Shown here piece after piece: positions 1-12,175 of a stretch of DNA of 64,000 nucleotides. Origin of the DNA: the human T2T-CHM13v2.0 reference genome, Homo sapiens; NCBI RefSeq assembly GCF_009914755.1, contig NC_060930.1. One strand, given 5' to 3'. The translations under genes were made by a program, and so were the position numbers. Numbering within the stretch: the stretch's first letter is position 1; each line of letters starts with the position of its first letter. Below the pieces are notes generated by a model. The model ran no database searches and had not been told where the DNA came from. It saw only the letters and a program-made list of their open reading frames with translations.

Positions 1-1100
1 TTAATATTTTTTGTTTTGTGTTGACTTTGGAGAATCTGATAATTATGTGAGTTGGAGATGGTCATTCTATATAGTGTCTCACTGGGATTCTCTGAGTTTC
101 CTAAATTTGTATGTCAACCTCTCTAGCAAGGTTGGAAAATTTTTGTAAACAATATCCTCAAATATGTTTTCCAAGTCACTGATCTCTCGTCCTCTATTTC
201 TGGAATGCCTATATGTCATAGGCTTGATCTCTTTACATAATTCCGTACTTCTTAGAGGTTTTGTTTATTTAAAACATTCTTTTTGCTTTATTTTTTTTTC
301 TGCATGCATTGATTCAAAAAAGTGGTCTTTAAGCTCTGAGATTCTTTCCTCTGTTTGGTCTATTCTGCTGTTAATATTTCTGATTGTATTATAAAGTTCT
401 TGTAGTGATTTTTTTCAGCTCCAGAAGATCAGTCTGGTTCTGTCTTAAAATGTCTTTATCTTTCAGCTCTTGTATCATTTTATTGGATTCATTAGATTGC
501 TTGGATTGGGTTTTAAATTTCTCCTGAATCTCAATCATCTTCATTGTCATCCAGATTCTGAATTCCGTATCTGTCATTTTAGCCATTTCAGCTTGGTTAA
601 GAATCATTGCTTGGGAGCTAGTGAAAATAAGAAGATACTCTGGCTTTTAAAGTTGCCAGAATTCTTGCACTGGTTCTTTTTCTATTTGTGTGTGTTGCTG
701 TTCCTTTAATCTTGAAGTTGCTGTCCTTTAGGTGGGGCCTTTTGCTTTTACGTTCTTTGGTGCCCTTGAGGGTTTGAATATGATATAAGTTGTGTGTAGT
801 CAACTGGCTTCATTTCTGGATAATTTCAGGGATCCAAGGCTCAGCTAAGCACTCCTGGGCTCATGATCTAACCCTAGAGGACTGGGACAAAGCCCATAGC
901 TATTTTTGTGGCCCCTGAAGGTTAAACACTTGCTGTGCTGCAGGGACCAAGGTGTTGCAAGTCCACTGGCAACAACACTCTGTTGGAGGGTGCTGACAAA
1001 AGCACTTTTGCAGGGTGGCAGAGGTTTCTGATTTCTGTGCGCACTAATGATAGGGCAGTGGTGGGTTCTGTGTACATGTGTGCCAACAGCAAGGTAGCAG
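1..1100 (-). mobile_element. Old primate LINE-1 fragment (L1P4/L1PA15-16-like): ORF1 N-terminal half plus part of the 5'UTR; continues left of the window
   Basis: ORF 389..607(-) AEMAKMTDTEFRIWMTMKMIEIQEK...NQTDLLELK resembles L1 ORF1p; GC-richer 5'UTR-like sequence at about 800-1100. Confidence 0.8.
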
Positions 1101-1110
1101 CTAATTTAAG

Positions 1111-1400
1111 TCCAGGCACAGTCGCTCATGACTATAATCCCTGTGCCTAACAGCCAGTGTGAAAGGATTACTTGAGGCCAGGAGTTTGAGACAAGCTTGG
1201 GAAATATACTAAGATCCCATTTCTACAAAGAAAAAAATAGTTGGGTGTAGTGGTGTGCACCTGTAGTAGTAGCTACTCAGGACGCCGAGGCAGGAAGTTC
1301 ACTTGAGCCCAAGAGTTTGAATCTGCAGTGAACTGTGATTACACCACTGGGCGATGGAGTGAGACCCTGTCTATGAAAAACATACAAATAAAAATAATTT
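1111..1400 (+). mobile_element. AluJ-type SINE
   Basis: Dimeric Alu (caggcacagtcgctcatg...gaggccaggagtttgagac...gtgagaccctgtct), A-rich tail, high divergence; possible TAATTTAA TSD. Confidence 0.9.
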
Positions 1401-1569
1401 AACCTAATCCCTAAATTTAAAAAGCCTTTTCCCCTCTCCAATTTTTCGGTGACTGAAAGAATCACTACTATTTTTTATTTTGCCATTGAATTCCAGTTTT
1501 ATACTTCTTTGATTATTGAGATATTCTCTCTATATATAGAATAAATTTTCCTCTTAAGAATTCAGCTTT

Positions 1570-1770
1570 CATTTTAATCAAGATTATACGTGTTTATTTT
1601 TTAAAGAGTCGGGTATTTCTACTGCACTTAGGAAAAACAGAAGACCTCTAAACACTTTACCCAAAGTTCTTCTAGAGGCAACTACTTTCAACTGTTGGCT
1701 AATTATTTTTGTTTTATGTATACCATTATAGAACACATAATTATACTGTAATTTTTTTTGAGTTGATGGC
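1570..1770 (-). mobile_element. Possible ancient L1ME-type 3' end fragment
   Basis: ctagaggcaactactttcaac resembles L1ME 3'UTRs; very degenerate. Confidence 0.3.
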
Positions 1771-3094
1771 ATTTTTTTAAATGTTATTTTTAAAAAATTA
1801 TTTCAATAGTTTTGGGGGAACAGGTTGTGTATGGTTATATGGATAAGTTCTTTAATGGTGATTTCTGAGATTTTGGCACGCCCATCACCAAGTGGTGTAC
1901 ACTGCACCCAATTTGTAATCATTTATCCCCCACCCCCCACCACACATCTGGAGTCTCCAGAGTCCATTATATCATTCTTATGCCATTGCATCCTCATAGC
2001 TTACTTGTCTCTGACTTATAAGTGAGAACATGTGATGTTTGGTTTTTTATTCTTGAGTTACTCAGAGTAATGATATTCAGCTCCATCCAGGTTGCTTCAA
2101 TTGCCATTATTTTGTTCCTTTTTATGGCTCAGTAGTATTTCATGGTATGTGTATATTTATATATATATATAATATATATAATTGGTATACATATTATATT
2201 TATATATATTACATTTTATCTATTCACTCATTGGTTGATGGACATTTAGGCTGGTTCCACATTTTTGCAATTGCAAATTGTGCTGCTATAAACATGTGTG
2301 TGCAAGTGTCCTTTTCATATAATTACTTCTTTTCCTCTGGGTAGTTACCAGAGTGGAATTGCTAGATCAAATAGACAGTTCCATTTCTTTTTACCACATC
2401 CGTGCCAACATCTTTTAATTTTGATTTTTTGATTATGGCCATTCTTGCAGGAGTAAGGTGGTACTGCATTGTGGTTTTGATTTGCATTTCCTTGATAGTT
2501 GGTGATATTAAGCATTTTTCATATGTCTGTTGGTCACTTGTATATATATATATTTTTTTTTTTGAGAATTGTCTATTGATGTCCTTAGCCCACTTTTTGA
2601 TGGGATTATTATTATTATTATTTTTTCTTGGTAATTTTTTTTAGTTCATTCTAGATTCTGGATGTTAGTCCTTTGTGGGAAGCATAGTTTGTGAATATTT
2701 TCTCCCCCTCTGTGGGTTGTCTGTTAACTCTGCTGATTATTTCTTTTGCCGTCAATAAGCTTTTTAGTTTAATTAAGTTGTATTTACTTATCTTTGCTTT
2801 TGTTGCATTTGCTTTTAGGTCCTTGGTCATGAATTCTTTGCCTAAGCCAATGTCTAGAAGAGTTTTTCCAATGTTGTTTTCTAGAATTTTTGTTGTTTCT
2901 GGTCCTGGATTTAAGTCTTTGATCCATCTTTAGTTGATTTTTGTGTAAGATAAAAGAGATGAGGATACAGTTTTATTCTCTTACATGTGGCTTGCCAATT
3001 ATCCCAGCACCATTTGTTGAAGAGTTTGTCCTTTCCTGACTTTGTGTTTTTGTTTGCTTTGTTGAAAATCAGTTGGCTGTATTTGGCCTTACTT

Positions 3095-3162
3095 TACTCT
3101 TCTCTTTTCTCTTCTCTTCTCTTCTCTTCTCTTCTCTTCTCTTCTCTTCTCTTCTCTTCTCT
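3095..3162. repeat. (CTCTT)n microsatellite inside L1PB
   Basis: Tandem pentamer seen directly. Confidence 0.95.
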
Positions 3163-4076
3163 TGGTCTATGTGCCTGCTTTTATACCAGTACCATGTTGT
3201 TTTGGCAACTATAGCCTCGTTGTATAGTTTGAAGTCAGGTAATGTGATGCCTCCAGATTTATCGTTTGTATTCACTCTTGCTTTGGATATGCAGGCTCTT
3301 TTTTGATTCCATATAAATTTGAGGATTGTTTCTTCTAGTTCTGTGAAGAATTATGGTGATATTTTGATGGGAATTGCATTGAATTTATAGATTTCTTTTA
3401 GTAGCATGGTCATTTTTACAATATTGACTCTACCCATCCACGAGCATAGGATGTATTTCCATTTCTGTCATCTCTAAGTTCTTTCAGCAGTGTTTTGTAG
3501 TTTTCCTTGCAGAGATATTTTACCTCTTTGGTTAGTTATATTCTAAGTATTTTCTTTTATTTTTGCAGCTGTTGGAAAATGAGTGGAGTTCTTGATTTGA
3601 TTCTTAGCTTGGTCGCTGTTGGTGTATAGCAGTGCTACTGATTTGTGTAACTTAATTTTGTATCCTGAAACTTTACTGAATTTATTTATCAGATCTAAGA
3701 GCTTTTTGGATGAGTCTTTAGTGTTTTTTAGGTATACAATCAGATCATTAGGAAACAGTGACAGTTTGACTTCCTCTTTACCAATTTAAATGCCCTTCAT
3801 TTCTTTCTCTTGTCTGATTGCTCTGGCTAGGACTTCCAATACTTTGTTGAATAGAAGTAGTGAAAGTGGAAATCCTTGTTTTCTTCCAGTTCTCAGGGGG
3901 AATGCCTTCAACTTTTCCCCATTCAGTGTAATATTGGTTGTGGGTTTGTCATAGAGGGCTTTTATAACCTTAAGTACGTTTCTTATATGCTGATTTTGCT
4001 GAGGGTTTTAATCATAAAGGGATACTGGATTTTGTCAAATGTTTTTCCTGTGCCTATTGAAATGATCATGTAATTT

Positions 4077-4830
4077 TGTTTTTTTTTTATCATGCTTTAA
4101 GTTTTAGGGTACATGTGCACAACGTGCAGGTTTGTTACATATGTATACATGTGCCATGTTCGTGTGCTGCACCCATTAACTCGTCATTTAACGTTAGGTA
4201 TATCTCCTAATGCTATCCCTCCCCCCTCCCCCCACCCCAAAACAGGCCCCGGTGTGTGATATTCCCCTTCCTGTGTCCATGTGTTCTCATTGTTCAGTTC
4301 CCACCTATGAGTGAGAACATACGGTGTTTGTTTTTTTGTCCTTGTGATAGTTTGCTGAGAATGATGGTTTCCAGCTTCATCCATGTCCTACAAAGGACAT
4401 GAAGTAATCCTTTTTTATGGCTGCAAAGTATTCCATGGTGTATATGTGCCACATTTTCTTAATCCAGTCTATCATTGTTGGACATTTGGGTTGTTTCCAA
4501 GTCTTTGCTATTGTGAATAGTGCCGCAATAAACATATGTGTGCATATGTCTTTATAGCAGCATGATTTATAATCCTTTGGGTATATACCCAGTAATGGGA
4601 TGGCTGGGTCAAATGGTATTTCTAGTTCTAGATCCCTGAGGCATTGCCTCACTGAGGCATTGCCTCAGTGTAAAAAGGCATTGCCGTTGCCCTGAGGAAT
4701 TGCCTCAGTGTAAAAGTGTTCCTATTTCTCTACATTCTCTCCAGCAACTGTTGTTTCCTGACTTTTTAATGATCGCCATTCTAACTGGTGTGAGATGGTA
4801 TCTCATTGTGGTTTTGATTTGCATTTCTCT
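4077..4830 (-). mobile_element. 5'-truncated young L1PA (about L1PA4) nested in L1PB ORF2
   Basis: Poly-T then ttaagttttagggtacatgtgcacaacgtgcaggtttgttac; ORF2 C-terminus [13 protein letters not shown]...KKMWHIYTMEY (4377..4652); host L1 resumes in register at about 4831. Confidence 0.93.
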
Positions 4831-7310
4831 TAGTTTTTAATTCTGCTTATGTGATGTATCATATTTGTTGACTTGCATATGTTAAACCATCCCTGCATTC
4901 CTGGTATAAAACCCACTTGATCATGGTGGATTATCATTTTGATATGCTAATGGATTCAGTTACCTAGTATTTTGTTGAGGATATTTGCATCTATGTTCAT
5001 CAAAGATATTGGTCTGCAGGTTTTTGTTGTTGTTGTTGTTGTTGTTATGCCATTTCCTGGTTTTGGTATAAGAATAATACTGGCTTCATAAATGATTTAG
5101 GGAGAATTCCCTGTCTTTCTCTATCTTTTGGAATAGTGTTAATAGGATTAGTACCACTTCTTTGAATGCTTGATAGAATTCAGCTGTGAATTCATCTGGT
5201 CTTGGACTTTTTTTGTTGGCAATTCTTTTATTACGATTTTAATCTTCCTGCTAGTTATTGGTCTATTCAGAGTTCCTATTTCTTCCTGTTTAATATAGGA
5301 GGGTTGTATATTTTCAGGAATTTGTCCATCTTTTCTAGGTTTTCTAATTTGTGTGCATACAGGTTTTCATAGTAGCCTTGAAGGATCTTTTGTATTTCTG
5401 TGATATTGGTTGTAGTATCTCCCATTTCATTTCTGATTGATCTTATTTGGATCCTCTATCTTATTTTCTTGGATCATCTTGCTAATGGTCTATCAATTTT
5501 GTTGATCTTTTCAAATAACTAGCTTTTTGTTTCATTTATCTTTTGTATTTTTTTTTGTTTCGATTTCATTTAGTTCTGCTCTGATCTTTATTACTTCTTT
5601 TCTTCTGCTGAGTTTGGGGTTGGTTTGTTCTTGTTTCTTTAGTTCCTTCAGGTGTGACATTAGATTGTTTGTTAATGCTTTTTTAGACTTTTTGATCTAA
5701 TCATTTAATGCTATAAACTTTCCTTTTAGCACTGCTTTTGACATATCCCAGAGGCTTTGATAGGCTGTCTCACTATTATTATTCAGTTCAAGGAAATCTT
5801 GATTTCATTTTCGACCCAATGATTATTCTGGAGCAGGTTACTTAATTTTTAATGCATTTGCATGGTTTTAAGGGTTCCCTTTTGGAGTTGATTTCCAATT
5901 TTATTCCACTCTGGTCTGACAGAGTACTTGATATATTTTGAATTTCTTAAATTTGTTGAGACTTGTTTTGTGGCCTGTCATATGATCTGTCTTGGAGAAT
6001 GTTCCCCGTGCTGATGAATAGAATGCATATTCTGCAGTTGTTGGGTAGAATGTTCTGTAAATATCTGTTAAGTCCATTTGTTCTCTGGTATAGTTTAAGT
6101 CCATTGTTTCTTTGTTGAGTTTCTGTCCTGAAAACCTCTCTAGTGCTGTCAGTGGAGTATTGAAGTCTCTCACTATTATTGTGTTGCCTTCTATCTCATT
6201 TCTTAGGTCTAATAGTAATTGTTTTATAAATTTGGGATCTCCAGTGTTGGGTGTATATATATTTAGGTTTGTGATATTTTCCTGTTGGACAAGGCCTTTT
6301 ATAATTATTTAATGTTGTACTTTGTTTTTTTTTTAACTGCTGTTACTTTAAAGTCTGTTTCTTCTGAGACAAGAATAGCTACTCTGGCTCAATTTTGGTG
6401 TCTATTTATATGAAATATCTTTTTTCACCCCTTTATTTTAAGCTTATGTGAGTGCTTATGTGTTAGGTGAGTTTCTTAAAAACAGCAGATACTTGGTTGG
6501 TGAACTTTTATTCATTCTTCCATTCTGTACCTTTTAAGTAGTGCATTTATGCCATTTACATTAAATATTAATATTGAGATGTGAGGTACTATTCTGTTCA
6601 ACATTCTAGTTGTTGCCTGAATACCTTTCTTTTTTTTTCATTGTGTTACTATTTTATAACCCCTGTGGGATTTATGCTTTTTGGAGGTTCTATTTTATTG
6701 TACTTCAAGGCTTTGTTTTAAGATTTAGAACTCCTTTTAGCAGTTCTTATAGTGCCAGCTTGGTTGTAGTAAATAATCTCAGGATTTGTTTGTTTGAAAA
6801 AGACTGTATCTTTCCTTCATCTATAAAGCTCAGTTTCATGGGATACGAGATTTTTGGCTGATAATTGTTTAAGAAGGCTAAATATAGGACCCCACTCCCT
6901 TCTAGCTTGTAGGGTTTCTGCTGAGAAATCTGCTGTTAATCTGATAGGTTTTTTTATATATATATAGGTTACCTGATGTTTTTTCCTTACAGCTCTTAAG
7001 ATTCTTTCCTTCATCTTGACTTTAGATAACCTGATGACTAGGTGTCTAGGTGATGATCTTTTTGAAATGAATTCCCAGGTATTCTTTAAGCCTTTTCTAT
7101 TTGGATGTCTAGATCTGTAGCAAAATCAGATAAGTTTTACTTGATTATTCTCTCAAATAAGTTTTCCAAATATTTAGATTTCTCATCTTCTCTGGGAACA
7201 CCAAATATTCTTAAGTTTCATTATTTAATATATCTCAAACTTTTTGTAGGCCTTTATTTATTTTTTCTTTTTCTTAGTTGAATTGAGTTCATTTGAAAGC
7301 CTTGTCTTTG

Positions 7311-10300
7311 GGGGACATGGCCAAGATGGCTGACTAGAAACAGTGGCAATTGGAGGCTCCCATCAAAAAGAACCATAATTAGCATGTGAATACTTCACTG
7401 GCAACCAAGGTATCCAGGTTCTTTCATCAGAACTAACTAGGTGGCTGGCATAATCCGTGGAGAGGAAGGAAGAGCAGTGTGGTGTGGTGGCCCACCTGAG
7501 GGCCACACAGGGCATGAGAGCTCCCAACCCCCAGCCAAGGGAGGCAGAACTTCAACTCCAGCCAGAGGCTCAGGGACAGAATCTGGATTTCCCTGGGCCT
7601 AAGCCCCTGGGCGAGGGTTGGTCAGAGTCTCTGTGAACCAGCAAACTTAGCCTTTCATCCTGGTAGTACTGAGGAATCTGGGCAGTCCAGATGAGTGGGT
7701 TTCCCCCCAGCAAAGCACACCCCATCCAACAAGGGAAAAAGTGCTTCATTAAATGGGTCCTGTTCCCCATGCCAGCCAGCTGGGTGAGACCCTCCAACAA
7801 GGGTTGTCAGACACCTGATACAGGAGCAATCCTACTGGAATCAGGTTGGTGCCCCTTGAGTTTTCAGATCCCAGAAGAAGGAGCAGGCAACCACCTTTGC
7901 TGTTCTACAGCCTCCCTGAGTGATGTCTGTAGGCATGGGAGTGAACCAGATGAATAGGACCTGAAGTGAACCCCCAGCAAACTGCAGCACCCCTACAGAA
8001 GAGAGACCTAACCATTGAAAGAAAAGCAAACAAGTGGAAAGCAACAACAACAGCCTCAAAAACAACAAAAATGTTCCCACAAAAACCCCATCCAAGGGTC
8101 AGCAGCCTCAAATATAGAAATTAGACAAACTCACAAAGATGAGAAAGAATCAATGAAAAAAATGCTGAAAACCCAAAAGGCCAGAGTGCCTCTTCTCCTC
8201 CAAATTATTGCAATGCCTCTCCAGCAAAGGCACAAAACTGGACATGGGATTAGGTGGACAAATTGACAGAAGTGGGCTTCAGAAGATGGGTAATAAAAAA
8301 CTACACCGAGCTAAAGGAGCATGTTCTAATCCAATGCAAAGAAGCTAAGAACTTTGAAAACACATTAGAGGAATTGCTAACTAGAATAACCAGTTTAGAG
8401 AAGAAGATAAATGACTTGATGGAGCTGAAAAACACAGCATGAGAACTTCATGAAGCATACACATGTATTAATAGCCAAATCGACTAAGCAGAAGAAAGGA
8501 TATCAGAGTTTGAAGACCACCCTGCTGAAATCAGGCATGCAGGCAAGATTAGAAAAAAGGATGAAAAGGAATGAACAAAGCCTCCAAGAAACAAGGGACT
8601 TTGTAAAAAGACTGAACCTCCAATTGATTGGTGTACCTGAAGGAGATGGGGAGAATGGAAACAAGCTGGAAAACACACTTCAGTATATTATCCAGGAGAA
8701 CTTCCTCCACCTAGCAAGACAAGCCAACATGCAAATTCAGGAAATACACAGAACACGACTATAATACTCTACAAAAAGATTAACCCCAAGGCACATAATC
8801 ATCAGATTCTCCAAGGTTGAAGTGAAGGAAAAAATGTTAAGGACAGCCAGAGAGAAAGGCCAGGTCACCCTCAAAGGGAAACCCATCAGACTAACAGCGG
8901 ATCTCTCAGCAGAAACCCTGCAAGACAGAAGAGACCAGGGGCCAATATTCAACATTCTTAAAGAAAATAATTTTCAAACCAGAATTTCATATTCAACCAA
9001 CTAAGCTTCATAAGCCAAGGAGGAATAAAATCCTTTCCAGACAAGCAAATGCTGAGGGATTTTGTCACCACCATGCCTGCCTTACAGGAGCTCCTGAAAG
9101 AAGCACTAAATATGGAAAGGAAAAACTGGTACCAGCCACACAAAAACACAACAAAAGATAAAGACCAATGAAGCTATGAAGAAACTGCATCAACTAGTGT
9201 ACAAAATAACCAGATAGCATCATGATGACAGGATCAAATTTACACATAGCAATACAACCTTAAATGTAAATGGGCTAAATGCCCCATTTAAAAAAGACAG
9301 ACTAGCAATTGGATAAAGAGTTAAGACCCTTCAGTGTCTTGTATTCAGGAGACCCATCTCATGTGCAAAGACACACATAGGCTAAAAGTAAAGGGATGGA
9401 GGAAATTTACCAAGCTCCTAGTCTCTGAAAAAACAGACTTTAATGAAGATCAAAAAAGACAAGGGCATTACATAATAGTAAAGGGAATAATTCAATAAAA
9501 AAGCTCAATATTCTACATATATATCTACCCAATACAGTAGCACCCAGATTCATAAAACAAATTCTTAGAGACCTACAAAGAGACCTAGACTCCCGTACAA
9601 TAATAGTGGGAGACTTTAACACCCCACTGTCACTATTAGATCAATGAGACAGAAAATTACAAGGATATTCAGGACTTGAACTTAGCTCTGGTTCAAGTGG
9701 ACGTAAGAGACATCTACAGAACTCTCCACCCCAAATCAACAGAGTATACATTCTTCTCAGTGCCATATGGCACTTAATCTAAAATCAACCACATAATTGA
9801 AAGTAAAACACTCCTCACCAATGAAAAAGGACTGAAATCATAACAATCAGTCTCTCAGACCACAGTGGAATTAAATTAGAACTCAGGACTAAGAAACTCA
9901 CTCAAAACCACACAATTACATGGACATTGAACAGCTGCTCCTGAATGACTCCTGGCTAAATAATGAAATTAAGGCAGAAATAAATAAGTTCTTTGAAACC
10001 AATGAGAACAAAGAGAAAACATACCAAAATCTCTGGGACACAGCTAAAGTAGTGTTAAGACAGAAATTTATAGCACCAAATGCCCACATCAGAAAGCTAG
10101 AAAGATCTCAAATTGACCCCCTAACGTAACAATTAAAAGAGCTAGAGAGGCAAGAACAAACTAATTCAAAAGCTAGCAGAAGACAAGAAATAACTAAGAT
10201 CAGAGTAAAATAGGAGGAGATGGAGACATGAAAAATCCTCTAAAAAATCAATGAATCCAGGAGCTGTTTTTTTTTGAAAAAAATAAGAAAATAGACAACT

Positions 10301-11465
10301 AGCTAGAGTCATAAAGAAGAAAAGAAAAAAGAATCAAGTAGACACAATTAAAAATGATAAAGGGGATATGACCACGGACTCCACAGACTCCACAGAAATG
10401 CAAACTACCATCAGAGAATACTATAAACACCTCTACACAAATAACCTAGAAAATCTAGAAGAAATGGATAGATTCCTGGACACATACAGCCTCCCAAGAC
10501 TAAAGGAGGAATTTGAATCCCTGAATAGACCAATAACAAGTTCTGAAGTTGAGGCAGCAATTAGTAGCCTACCAACCAAAAAATAAGATAAAAGCCCAGG
10601 ACCAGACAGATTCACTGCTGAATTCTACCAGAAGTACAAAGAGCAGCTGGTACGATTCCTTCTGAAACTATTCCAAACAATTGAGAAGGAGGGAATCCTC
10701 CCTAACTCATTTTATGAAGCCAGCATCATCTTGATACCCAAACTGGGCAAAGACACAACCATAAAAGAAAACTCCAGGCCAATATCTCTGATGAACATTT
10801 GATGGGAAAATCTTCAGCAAAATACTGGCAAACAAAATCCAGCAGCACATCAAAAAACTTATCCACCACGATCAAGTTGGCTGCATCCCTGGGATGCAAG
10901 GCTGGTTCAACATATGCAAATCAATAAACGCAATCCATCGCATAAACGGCACCCAAGACAAAAACCACTGGGTCATCACAACAGATGCAGAAAAGGCCTT
11001 TAATATAATTTAACATCCCTTCATGTTAAAAGCTCTCAATAAACTAGGAGTTGATGGACCATATCTCAAAATAATAAGAGCTATTTATGACAAACCTGTA
11101 GCTAATATCATACTGAATGGGCAAAAGCTGGAAGCATTCCCTTTGAAAACAGGCACAAGACAAGGATGCCCTCTCTCACCACTCCTATTCAACATAGTAT
11201 TGGAAGTTCTGGCCAGGGCAATCAGGCAAGAGAAAGAAGTAAAGTGTATTCAAATAGGAAGAGAGGAAATCAAATTGTTTCTTTTTACAGATGACATGAT
11301 TTTGTATTTAGAAAACACCATCATCTCAGCCCAAAAACTCCTTAAGCTGATAAGCAATTTCAGCAAAGTCTCAGGATACAAAACCAATGTGCAAAAATCA
11401 CAAGCATTACTTTACACCAACTTAGATAAGCAGAGAACCAAATCAAGATTGAACTTCCATTCACA
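7311..11465 (+). mobile_element. L1PA8-12-like (L1P3-type 5' end) LINE-1 with 5'UTR, ORF1 (about 8139-9161) and ORF2 from about 9225, ending just after the RT core
   Basis: 5' terminus ggccaagatggctgactagaa (YY1 core AAGATGG); ORF1 fragments 8254..9004; ORF2 start atgacaggatcaaat; RT motifs [13 protein letters not shown] and LFTDD in 11023..11538; many stops and frameshifts. Confidence 0.92.
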
Positions 11466-11678
11466 CTCTGGGAATCACAGTTTCTCAGCTTTCTTGTGGA
11501 GTTTGCAGCAGCAGGCTACTTCTTTCAAAGGTCTGTGAATTTTTTTTTTTTTTTTTTTTTCTGGTATGTTCCTGTGGTGGTTCTTGGAGCAAAAGTTCAC
11601 AAAGTGAGCCTCCTCACACTGTCTGTCCATCCAAGTGGGAACTACCCATTAGTACTGTCTCCTATCCACCATTTTCTT
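11466..11678 (-). mobile_element. 5' terminal about 210 bp of an L1PB(a) 5'UTR, probably the same element as 1785-7310
   Basis: Reverse complement reads aaaatggtggataggagacag...cccacttggatggacagac...gtgaacttttgctccaagaac...caggaacataccag, matching the recalled L1PBa 5' end. Confidence 0.8.
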
Positions 11679-12134
11679 CAAGTTATCTCCATTTTAAGTT
11701 TTTTAAACATGCATTTAAGCTATACAAATTATAGTATTAGACACTGCTATAACACACTATATTGTGAGATATAGTTATTTCTTTTCTTAAAAATATATGG
11801 GTTCACGTGAAGTTGTGTACCATGGATATATTACATAATGGCAAGGTCTGGACTTTTAGTGTATCGATCACTTGAGTAGTGTACATTGTACCCAATATGT
11901 AATATTTTGTTCTACACCCTTTTCCACATTTTCACCTATTATAGTCTCTAATGCCTGTTATTACACTCTGTATGTCCATGGGTAGCAGTTATTTAGCTTC
12001 CACTTATAAGTGAGAACATGTGGCTTTTGACTTTCCATTCCTGAGTCATTTCAGTTAGAATAGCCTCTAGTTCCATCCATGTTGCTGCAAGAGTATTGAT
12101 TTATTTCTTTTTTTATGGTGGAGTAGTTTTCCAT

Positions 12135-12135
<1 letters not shown>

Positions 12136-12173
<38 letters not shown>
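12136..12173. repeat. (GT)n microsatellite
   Basis: About 19 GT units. Confidence 0.97.

Positions 12174-12175
<2 letters not shown>

Larger units (their letters stand above)
1785..7310 (-). mobile_element. L1PB-family LINE-1: 3'UTR, decayed ORF2 and C-terminal ORF1
   Basis: L1PB-type 3' end (gggaacagg...ggataagttctttaatggtgatttctgagattttgg); ORF2 remnants ([11 protein letters not shown] 3069..3275; DFNTPLTAL...DLTDIYRTF 5901..6173); ORF1 remnant (KERILRA...PIRLTADFSAETLQARREW 6817..7014). Confidence 0.92.

Noticed and set aside
2987-3306. LLFSS and REEKR repeat peptides
   Set aside because: Translation of the (CTCTT)n microsatellite
11023-11538. 171-aa ORF, the longest in the window
   Set aside because: L1 ORF2 RT fragment reading across a deletion junction; upstream ORF2 is disrupted
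1760-11700. TSD enclosing the whole L1PB
   Set aside because: Flanks share only weak AT-rich similarity; not supportable
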